In this document: piece by piece, positions 1 through 7,182 of the stretch | Numbering within the stretch: position 1 is the first letter of the stretch | How the letters are laid out: the number at the start of each line of letters is the position of its first letter | DNA from: Candidatus Kerfeldbacteria bacterium | Lineage (GTDB): Bacteria; Patescibacteriota; Patescibacteriia; UBA9570 | Reading direction: 5' to 3' | Assembly (NCBI GenBank): GCA_016182495.1 | Contig: JACPGK010000019.1 | Coordinates: 1-63,545, forward strand | Length of the DNA: 63,545 bases | Made by a program: the position numbers and the translations under genes | The notes under the pieces: generated by a model | Told to the model about the DNA's origin: nothing | Databases searched by the model: none | Seen by the model: the letters and a program-made list of their open reading frames with translations, nothing else

Positions 1-1
1 C

Positions 2-244
2 ACTAACTTAATTGAACTCTTCAATTCACATTTTAATGCACGATTACGGACACTGAAAGGATTTAAAACCGAACAGCATGCACTACTGTGGTTAAACGGT
101 TTAATTCTAAGACGACGAAGTAAAAATTTTACCGACTGCAGCCCAAAGTTTAAATATCTTAATGGGAAATGTTCATTACAGGTCAGCTTAAAACCAGGTC
201 TTCAATTCCCTGAAATCTTAGGTGTACAAGCACCCAATATTTAA
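2..244 (+). CDS. DDE transposase, C-terminal part (5'-partial; continuation of the ORF that runs off the window at 63545)
   Basis: Open frame from nt 2 to TAA 242-244 (..TNLIELFNSHFNARLRTLKGFKTEQHALLWLNGLILRRRSKNF..). The first 52 nt are identical to the window end, so the frame joins the 62.7-63.5 kb ORF. Confidence 0.8.
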   Translation, partial: TNLIELFNSHFNARLRTLKGFKTEQHALLWLNGLILRRRSKNFTDCSPKFKYLNGKCSLQVSLKPGLQFPEILGVQAPNI

Positions 245-249
245 CGGTA
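228..249. repeat. IS right terminal inverted repeat (IRR)
   Basis: aagcacccaatatttaacggta; its reverse complement taccgttaaatattgggtgctt matches 62596-62617 (taccgttaaattttgggtgctt) at 21/22. The transposase stop codon lies inside it. Confidence 0.75.
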
Positions 250-385
250 ACGTCCTGCTCTACCAGGACTCTGCTTTCAATGAAGTCGGTGCGTTGTCGC
301 TCACGCCGCATGAGAGACGTCGCGCCACCTTCAACAGTGAACACGTGCCAGGGTTCCCCGCGACCGCTGGGGACACCTGGCCGGG

Positions 386-760
386 GTGGCGAGAAGCGAG
401 GAACTTCTCGTGAAGAAGAAGCCGCTCGACATGGAGATCAGTATCGAGATCACGGTCGCCAAGGACCGAGAATCGGATGTCCCCGAGACCGAAAGATCGT
501 ACGTCCTGCTGCCCTCGTACCCGCAGAGATGGTGGGATGTGATCAGGGACGGCCTGAACGAGGAGGGTTGTTTCAACCTGCAGGTGACGACCTTCGTTCC
601 CGATATCGGGGAAGTGGTCGGCATCAAGGTGATGCCCGACAACAGGTCGTTCGAGGACAACCCGATGCTGTGCCTGCGCCTGGAAGAACTGGACACCCTG
701 ATCGAGGCTCTCGGCCTGGCGCGGGAGCAACTCTGGCGCCACCGCCAGGCCAGGGAGTAG
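386..760 (+). CDS. hypothetical protein encoded in a high-GC foreign patch
   Basis: It is the only frame in the ~63% GC segment with consistent G/C at third codon positions (atc gag atc acg gtc gcc aag gac ...). 124 aa with no recognisable family. The alternative start ATG 431 (MEISIEITV..) is plausible. Confidence 0.5.
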   Translation: MARSEELLVKKKPLDMEISIEITVAKDRESDVPETERSYVLLPSYPQRWWDVIRDGLNEEGCFNLQVTTFVPDIGEVVGIKVMPDNRSFEDNPMLCLRLEELDTLIEALGLAREQLWRHRQARE

Positions 761-1135
761 GTACCCCCCCGCCAAGTCGAGGCATTCCTCGCGAAACAAG
801 CCGTATCCACACAACGACTGGAGGTCATCGTGGGTACGGCTTTTCGCATTGATGACGACGCGTCCGAGCTTGTCAGTGCCGAGAGTGGTTGATAGCCTGT
901 GCCTGTGTTCGACGAGAACGGGTGACCGAATTGCCTGCCTCCGATAACAGACGCTACCTCAAAATAGGCTACGAAATCGAAGGACTCATTGTCTACTCGG
1001 CGACTGGGCGTAAACAAAAGACCTTGGGAATGAAACAGCGGCGCCTATTCAACTACTTGTGGGAGCACGACGGGAGAGACATCCGGCCATGGACCCTTTG
1101 GATGGAGGTATAAAGCAATCACGGGATTTTCACCC

Positions 1136-1336
1136 ATGCCTTTGGAACCGCTTCGGTGCAAAACGATCACAGTTGTCAGCGAAAATGATCCTTACGTGAG
1201 TATGGATCGAGCCAAATACTTTTCCCAATGCTGGAAAGCCCAACTGGTCAATATTGGCCCTCATGGGCATATTAACGTTGATGCAGGATTTGGAGAGTGG
1301 CCGGAAGGAGAAAAGTTTTTGTGGGGATTAATGTAA
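1136..1336 (+). pseudogene. C-terminal fragment of an RBBP9/YdeN-family alpha/beta serine hydrolase
   Basis: 66 aa ..TVVSENDPYVSMDRAKYFSQCWKAQLVNIGPHGHINVDAGFGEWPEGEKFL. This matches the S-x-N-D-P ... GH-I-N ... G-x-W-P-E-G C-terminal region of ~180-aa Ser_hydrolase (PF06821-type) proteins. The nucleophile half is absent. Confidence 0.6.
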
Positions 1337-1505
1337 TAAATAAGACATCAGCTCACAGCGCGTAAGCGCAAATTGCTCATTTCGCGTTGCGGTGGTAAAC
1401 TACCGCTTACAGTTTACTACTGCGTCGGTTCGCTAACTGCTGCCTACGCGCGGACGTTATACGAAATAAATTTGTGCCCTAGAATAAAACCAAACTCGAA
1501 AAAAT

Positions 1506-1772
1506 ATGATTACTATTGAAGAACTCAAAAAAGAACTGGACGAAATCAAGGCTCGCAATAAACGTGTCGAGGCTGATAAAGCATGGGAAACGAGTTGGAC
1601 GCGCAAACTTCTCGTTTTAATGCTCACTTATTTTGTAATCGTCATATTTTTCCTTGTTGCAAAATTGTCTGATCCGTTTACGAATGCCGTTGTGCCATCA
1701 GTAGCATTTGTGCTCTCAACTTTAACTGTGCCACTTTTTAAAAAGTGGTGGCTCAATAATATTCGTAAATGA
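1506..1772 (+). CDS. small membrane protein (hypothetical)
   Basis: 88 aa with a charged N-terminal helix (EELKKELDEIKARNKRVEADKAWE) followed by two hydrophobic helices. Confidence 0.55.
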   Translation: MITIEELKKELDEIKARNKRVEADKAWETSWTRKLLVLMLTYFVIVIFFLVAKLSDPFTNAVVPSVAFVLSTLTVPLFKKWWLNNIRK

Positions 1773-1830
1773 GCGGGCGCAAATTTACATCGTAATATGA
1801 AAATTTTCATTACAGTGTGTATGCGGCTAT

Positions 1831-2319
1831 GTGCCAACGGTAGCTGAAATAAATAAATTTATGCGTCAAAAATTCATTCTGTCCATAGTAAACATTTTAA
1901 CACTTTCTGTCGTTATTGCCGCTGTGAGCCTGTTTTTTGTTAATAATACTCAATGGATAGGCTTCGTTTTAATTATTCTTGCTCTGTTTTGTATAGTTTC
2001 TCTTATCCCATTCAAGATAAAATTAAAATCTGTTCAGCCAGATATTGTTTTCGGCTTAATAGATAATGGCATTTTGGCCGTCCTTGCTATTTTTGGTGGC
2101 CATTTTGCTGGTGTAGCTGGAGCCATTTTAGGCGGCGTTATTGGCAATGCCATAACAGACGGTATCGCTGGAATTTTTGAAGGATATTCTGCTGAAAAAT
2201 TAAGACTACAATTAGTACCGGAGGAGAGAACAATGCTCAAATCGGCTGTTGGGAAAATGGCTGGTTGTCTTTTGGGAGCAGGCGTTGTTTTGGTTATTGC
2301 CAACTTTATAAATTTTTAA
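1831..2319 (+). CDS. polytopic membrane protein (hypothetical)
   Basis: 162 aa with several hydrophobic helices and a Gly-rich segment, GGVIGNAITDGIAGIFEG. The track uses GTG 1831; ATG 1861 is an alternative start. Confidence 0.6.
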   Translation: MPTVAEINKFMRQKFILSIVNILTLSVVIAAVSLFFVNNTQWIGFVLIILALFCIVSLIPFKIKLKSVQPDIVFGLIDNGILAVLAIFGGHFAGVAGAILGGVIGNAITDGIAGIFEGYSAEKLRLQLVPEERTMLKSAVGKMAGCLLGAGVVLVIANFINF

Positions 2320-2343
2320 GAATATATCGTCGAAAAAGAGCAT

Positions 2344-3273
2344 ATGATTCAAGTGTTAGCGGTAATCGCACCATTATTTCTCATAATTTTTGCCAGCGCA
2401 TTGCTGCAGAAATTTAAACACATTGGAGGCAACTGGTCTACCGTTTTAAATGAATTTGCTCTAAAAATAGGATTTCCGGTATTAATTTTTTCTGCACTCT
2501 CCAAAGTTCCATTTTCATTTTCTACGGAGGCCGGACTAATAATTTCCAACTCACTGTTTATAGTAGTCAGCTTATTATTGGCTTTTATCGTAGGAAAAAT
2601 TTTGCGCCTCGAAAAACAAATGTTTCGAACAGTATTCATTTGTTTTATTTTTGGCAATTTTGCATATCTGGGTATCCCCATATTGATCCAAATCTCGGGA
2701 GATAAAATACTTCCAACGGCCACTTTAATTGTCGCAATTTATTTGTTTTGGATATTCACCCTTGGGATTGGCTATTTAGATTACTCTATGCAAAAGAATA
2801 AAAGAAATGTCGCTAAAAATATCATAAAAAATTTGCTTACAAATCCTCTTTTGATTTCGGTTATCCTTGGAATAATAATAGGAAGTTTTAAAATTACTCT
2901 ACCTGCCATTTTGTCGAAATCATTGGACATGATTACCGCATCAGTCACCCCAACAGTACTGATTGTTATAGGGCTTTTTATTGGAAAGTCCAGTTTCGGA
3001 AAATTATCAGATTGGCTTTCCATTGTGTTGTTTTCAATTTTAAAACTTATAATATTACCGACGGTTTTTTATTTTAGTGTAAAATTTTTAGGAGTCTCAT
3101 TATCGCAATTGCCAAGTTCAATAATTCAGGCAGCAATGCCAATCGCTATAACCCCGTTTGCATTGGCAGATAAATATAGTTTGGATAAAGATTTTATTGC
3201 GCGCTCAATCGTTCTAAGTACAATTCTTTCAATAGTGTCATTGCCATTTTGGATTTCTATTTTGAACAGTTAA
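2344..3273 (+). CDS. auxin-efflux-carrier (AEC) family permease
   Basis: 309 aa, ~10 TM. The N-terminus MIQVLAVIAPLFLIIFASALL.. and the two-halves layout are typical of Mem_trans/AEC transporters. Confidence 0.75.
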   Translation: MIQVLAVIAPLFLIIFASALLQKFKHIGGNWSTVLNEFALKIGFPVLIFSALSKVPFSFSTEAGLIISNSLFIVVSLLLAFIVGKILRLEKQMFRTVFICFIFGNFAYLGIPILIQISGDKILPTATLIVAIYLFWIFTLGIGYLDYSMQKNKRNVAKNIIKNLLTNPLLISVILGIIIGSFKITLPAILSKSLDMITASVTPTVLIVIGLFIGKSSFGKLSDWLSIVLFSILKLIILPTVFYFSVKFLGVSLSQLPSSIIQAAMPIAITPFALADKYSLDKDFIARSIVLSTILSIVSLPFWISILNS

Positions 3274-3293
3274 AATGCAACACTTAATCAAGT

Positions 3294-3518
3294 ATGGACA
3301 TATATAAAATCATTGGAGCCGCTGGACTTTTACTCATTTCAATCGGGATAGTAACTAAAAACAGAAAAATACAAGATGTTCTTTATATCATTGGCGGCCT
3401 TTGTTTAGAAGCGTATAGCATTTATCTTGGTGATGTAATTTTCATCATTCTCCAAATTATTTTCACGCTGGCCGCCATTTATGATGTCGTTAAAATTCAG
3501 CTCAAGAAGACGGTTTGA
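3294..3518 (+). CDS. small 3-TM membrane protein (hypothetical)
   Basis: 74 aa, almost entirely hydrophobic; lies 20 nt downstream of the permease gene. Confidence 0.5.
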   Translation: MDIYKIIGAAGLLLISIGIVTKNRKIQDVLYIIGGLCLEAYSIYLGDVIFIILQIIFTLAAIYDVVKIQLKKTV

Positions 3519-3626
3519 CAGTAAATTGCCGTTTGCTACACTGATTGATATGTCAGATGATTTTTTTGTTCCAATTGAGATTATTGACCCAACCGCTTAA
3601 TCTGGCTAAGGATATGGTAGTATAAT

Positions 3627-5267
3627 ATGTCTTCATGTAAACAGTGTGGAGTAAATTTTCAGATTACTACGGCTGATCAAGCTTTTTACCAAAGCTGGTT
3701 AGTACCGTCACCACAATTGTGCCCACAATGTCGCCAACAAAGCCGCTTCGCTTGGCGCAATGAACGCAGTTTGTATCATAGTAACTGTGCCGTATGTCAA
3801 CGTTCGATCGTAACTATTTATGCACCAGAAAAAAATTATTTAGTGTACTGTTCAGAGTGTTGGTGGGGCGAAAAATACGATGCTGCATCAACTGGCCAAG
3901 CCTTTGATTTTAGTAAAACGGTGGCTGAACAAGTACAGCAGTTATATCAACGAATGCCACATGTGGCTTTGTATACCACCAATTGCACCAATAGTGAATT
4001 CAATAACTTTGGTTTGAATTTAAATAACTGTTATTTACTGTTTGGTGCTTCTAATGATGAAAATTGCTTATACGGTAAATTTGTCATCAGTTCTATTGAT
4101 ACAGTTGATGCTTTATCGGTGTTTTCAACAGAGTTGTGTTACGAGGCGGTGGCTTCGGAACGGTGTTATCATTGTCGCTACCTCACCAATAGTCGGGATT
4201 GTCACGATTGCTTAATGATTGAAGATTGTCAGGCCTGCAGTGATTGTATCGGTTGTTTTGGTTTGCACAGCAAGCAGTACTACGTATTTAATCAGCCGGT
4301 GAGTCGAACTGAATATGAAAAATTAAAACAGTCCTATAGTGTATTGACCACTGAAAAAATAAACGAATTGCAATCCAAATTCACTACCCTGAAAAAAACT
4401 TTACCACATCGGGCTGGCCACGTGTATGCTAGCGAACACTGCACCGGTGATTTAATTTTAAACAGCGTCAATTGTCAGCACTGCTTTGATATTAAAGAAA
4501 GTGAAAATTGTCATTATGTGTACAATGCGCCAAAAGCTAAGGATAGCCAAGATTGTGTGTTTGCCTCGCCCTATGGGTTAGAACATTGTTATAATTGTTG
4601 TTCAACTACCGGAGCACGCGATACTATTAGTTCTTTTATGGTTTGGAATTCCTACAATGTTGGGTATTCGTTAGAGTGTCATCAGAGTCATGATCTGTTG
4701 GCGTGCGTTGGCTTACAAAAGAAATCGTTCTGTATTTTAAACACCGCCTATAGTCCAGCTGATTATCAAGTGTTAAAAACTAAAATTATAGAACACATGA
4801 AAACCACTGGTGAGTGGGGTGAATTTTTATCTCCAACTATATCACCATTTGGCTATAACGAAACCATTGCTCAAGAATATTATCCTTTGCCTAAAGCTGC
4901 AGCAGTTAAGCTAGGGTATAGCTGGTATGATGAGCCAAACAAACAATACCAGCCACAAACCTATCAGGTACCGTCACACATTACCGAGGTAGGGGATGAT
5001 ATTTTGCAGCAAATATTAGCCTGTCAAGGTTGTCAAAAAAATTATAAAATTATTCCGCAAGAACTCGATTTTTATCGCCGGTTAGGTTTGCCCATTCCGC
5101 ATGATTGTCCAGATTGTCGTCGTACTGAACGGATTATTCGTCGCGGGCCTACCCAATTATGGTCACGGCCATGCAGTTTGTGTCAAAAACTAATTACCAC
5201 TTATTATTCGGCCGATCGCGCTGCCATAGTGTACTGTGAGGATTGTTATCGGAAAAAGATGTATTAA
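3627..5267 (+). CDS. Cys-rich protein with N- and C-terminal zinc-ribbon modules flanking a Cys-repeat core (paralog 1)
   Basis: 546 aa. The N-terminal module is CKQCGVNFQI..FYQ..P.P.LCPQCRQQSR.AWRNERSLY...CAVCQRSI...Y.P....VYCSECWW. It is repeated near the C-terminus as CQGCQKNYKI..FYRR..LP.P.DCPDCRR..R......LW.R.CSLCQK......Y......VYCEDCYRK. Confidence 0.85.
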   Translation: MSSCKQCGVNFQITTADQAFYQSWLVPSPQLCPQCRQQSRFAWRNERSLYHSNCAVCQRSIVTIYAPEKNYLVYCSECWWGEKYDAASTGQAFDFSKTVAEQVQQLYQRMPHVALYTTNCTNSEFNNFGLNLNNCYLLFGASNDENCLYGKFVISSIDTVDALSVFSTELCYEAVASERCYHCRYLTNSRDCHDCLMIEDCQACSDCIGCFGLHSKQYYVFNQPVSRTEYEKLKQSYSVLTTEKINELQSKFTTLKKTLPHRAGHVYASEHCTGDLILNSVNCQHCFDIKESENCHYVYNAPKAKDSQDCVFASPYGLEHCYNCCSTTGARDTISSFMVWNSYNVGYSLECHQSHDLLACVGLQKKSFCILNTAYSPADYQVLKTKIIEHMKTTGEWGEFLSPTISPFGYNETIAQEYYPLPKAAAVKLGYSWYDEPNKQYQPQTYQVPSHITEVGDDILQQILACQGCQKNYKIIPQELDFYRRLGLPIPHDCPDCRRTERIIRRGPTQLWSRPCSLCQKLITTYYSADRAAIVYCEDCYRKKMY

Positions 5268-5268
5268 T

Positions 5269-6888
5269 ATGATCAAGCAATGTGCCCAATGCAATAAAAC
5301 GTTTCACATTGATAGTAATGATCAGGATTTTTATAAGCGCAGGGCAGTACCTGATCCACAGTTATGCCCAGCCTGTCGCAGCCAACGCCGCTTAGCCCAT
5401 CGCAATGAAACAATGTTATATAGTGACGAATGTGATTTGTGTCATCGGTCAATTATTAGTCAATATAGTCCAGATAAACAATTCACAGTGTACTGTCGTG
5501 ATTGTTGGTGGAGTGATCGCTGGAATCCCTTTGACTATGCTCGGAATTATAATCCCAACAGTCATTTTTTCGAACAGTGGGCTGACTTCATTCGGTCAGT
5601 GCCATTGATCAATTTGTTGGATATGAAGAGTGATAATAGTGAATACACCAATTGCGTATCTAATAATAAAAATTGTTATTTAATATTTACATCTGATTAT
5701 AATGAGAATTGTCTATATTCAAATTGGTTAGAACATTGTCGCGATTGCGTTGATAGTTTTAAATTAAATAACTCCGAACAAGCTTACCAATGCTTTTTTG
5801 GAGATCGTATTTATAACAGTCAGTATTTGATTAAATGTTTTTCAGCCACCGAGAGTTTCTATTGCTACGATTGTAGAAATATACAAAATTGCACCTTGTC
5901 ATGGAATTTACGCAATAAGCAATATTACATTTTGAATCAACCCTATAGTCAAATTGATTATTATAAAAAGTTAGCCGAATTCGAATTAACTACCAGGGTT
6001 GGTCGGGAACGAATCCGGCTGCAGTTTCAACAGCTCATGCAACAATCAGCCAAACACCATTATCGTAATCAACTTGGCCGCATTGAAAATTCCACCGGCG
6101 ATTATGTACGCGATATCCATAACTGCTGGCAATGCTTTGATATAGAAGAGGCGGATCATTGTCGTTATGTCAACAATATGATCGGCGTTAAGGATAGCAT
6201 GGATTGTGAGTACGGTGGTATGGGCGAGGATGGTTATCAGAATGTTGAAACCTTTCCTATGCCACGTCATAGTATGGTGACCTATGGTTGTTATGGTGGC
6301 AATGATATTTATTATTCACATTCGGTAATGAACAGTAAAAATGTGTTTGGCAGTAGCGGTCTTAAAAAAGCGCAATATGTGATTATGAATAAACAGTATT
6401 CTGAAGCAGACTATCGAACAGTATTTAATGCCATTAGAACTAGCCTAATAGAGGCTGGCCAGTGGGGGCAGTTTTTTCCAATCGAAACTAGTTTGTTTGC
6501 CTATAATGAAACTAACGCGCAACACTGGTATCCATTAACGCGCCAACAGGTTGAGCAACGCGGTTGGCAATATTTGGAAACAGATAATCCAGCACCGAGT
6601 TCTGCCCAGCGTTGTACCAATTGTCAACGCCCTTTCAAGTATGTAGCTGCTGAAACCAGTTTTTATGAACAACATCATATGCCCGCTCCACAGCAGTGTT
6701 ATCAATGCCGCTATGCCACTCGTCGAGCTTGGCATAATCCACAACGGTTATGGCAGCGGCAGTGTCTGTGTCAACAAACTGATCACGGTCATGCCGAACG
6801 CTGTGCCGAGCAGTGTGATACCAGCTACGCACCTGATCGTCCCGAAGTTATTTATTGCAATGATTGCTATCAAAAAACCGTTTATTAA
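5269..6888 (+). CDS. Cys-rich protein with N- and C-terminal zinc-ribbon modules (paralog 2)
   Basis: 539 aa from ATG 5269 (MIKQCAQCNKTFHI..), 1 nt after the paralog-1 stop. Same architecture and collinear similarity to 3627-5267. The track start 5236 overlaps the upstream gene and is unlikely. Confidence 0.85.
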   Translation: MIKQCAQCNKTFHIDSNDQDFYKRRAVPDPQLCPACRSQRRLAHRNETMLYSDECDLCHRSIISQYSPDKQFTVYCRDCWWSDRWNPFDYARNYNPNSHFFEQWADFIRSVPLINLLDMKSDNSEYTNCVSNNKNCYLIFTSDYNENCLYSNWLEHCRDCVDSFKLNNSEQAYQCFFGDRIYNSQYLIKCFSATESFYCYDCRNIQNCTLSWNLRNKQYYILNQPYSQIDYYKKLAEFELTTRVGRERIRLQFQQLMQQSAKHHYRNQLGRIENSTGDYVRDIHNCWQCFDIEEADHCRYVNNMIGVKDSMDCEYGGMGEDGYQNVETFPMPRHSMVTYGCYGGNDIYYSHSVMNSKNVFGSSGLKKAQYVIMNKQYSEADYRTVFNAIRTSLIEAGQWGQFFPIETSLFAYNETNAQHWYPLTRQQVEQRGWQYLETDNPAPSSAQRCTNCQRPFKYVAAETSFYEQHHMPAPQQCYQCRYATRRAWHNPQRLWQRQCLCQQTDHGHAERCAEQCDTSYAPDRPEVIYCNDCYQKTVY

Positions 6889-6904
6889 TATAGGATATTT
6901 GTTA

Positions 6905-6933
6905 TTGACCAAAAGCAAATTTGTTAGTATATA
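6905..6933 (+). promoter_or_regulatory. candidate sigma70-type promoter (TTGACC-17 nt-TATATA)
   Basis: ttgacc at 6905-6910, a 17-nt spacer, then tatata at 6928-6933, only ~8 nt before ATG 6942. This suggests a leaderless or near-leaderless transcript. Confidence 0.35.
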
Positions 6934-6941
6934 TAATTGAT

Positions 6942-7175
6942 ATGAACCCAATCGAAGCCAGTCAGGTACGTCGTCGGCCAATTTCTCAACCAGATCAGCG
7001 ACCACATGCGCCATCACCAATACACCCGGAGGATGATCAGTTTGATCCAGAAAAGGATAAAATTTGGAGAGAACAGCGTGGTTTACCAAAACGGAATTAT
7101 GGCGACGATAATCCCAATCAGCCCCCGCGTGGAGCTGAAGAAGTGGATTATTCTTTTGGAAAAAACGTCGATTAA
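6942..7175 (+). CDS. small Pro/Asp/Gln-rich, probably disordered protein (hypothetical)
   Basis: 77 aa from ATG 6942 (MNPIEASQVRRRPISQPDQRPHAPSPIHPEDDQFDPEKD..). No SD sequence; low-complexity composition. Confidence 0.4.
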   Translation: MNPIEASQVRRRPISQPDQRPHAPSPIHPEDDQFDPEKDKIWREQRGLPKRNYGDDNPNQPPRGAEEVDYSFGKNVD

Positions 7176-7182
7176 ATTAAAC

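Noticed and set aside
222-1017. Multiple long overlapping ORFs on both strands (222-413+, 260-814-, 280-852+, 331-1017-, 624-812-).
   Set aside because: They lie in a ~63% GC segment, where stop codons are rare in all frames. Only 386-760 has the third-position G/C bias expected of real coding sequence; the others are Arg/Pro/Gly-rich artefacts.
1340-1470. Structured ~130-bp spacer after the hydrolase fragment that superficially resembles an integron attC site. It ends in ..cgcgcggacGTTATac, has an imperfect inverted pair cagcgcgtaagc / gcctacgcgcgg, and has a central 7-bp hairpin gcggtgg-taaa-ctaccgc.
   Set aside because: The putative R''/L'' and L'/R' boxes are asymmetrically spaced (about 11 nt vs 2 nt), and neither end fits RYYYAAC/GTTRRRY cleanly. 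No similar element follows the neighbouring ORFs, and no IntI integrase is present. It is kept only as an unexplained palindromic spacer.
3586-3626. TTGACC ... TATAAT upstream of the first Cys-rich gene, considered as a promoter.
   Set aside because: The spacer between the hexamers is ~31 nt, and TATAAT directly abuts the ATG. That geometry is incompatible with a functional sigma70 promoter for this start.
5236-5268. Upstream start (5236) for the second Cys-rich paralog, overlapping the first by 32 nt.
   Set aside because: ATG 5269 gives MIKQCAQCNKTF.., which aligns with MSSCKQCGVNF.. of paralog 1. The extra MRIVIGKRCIN has no counterpart.
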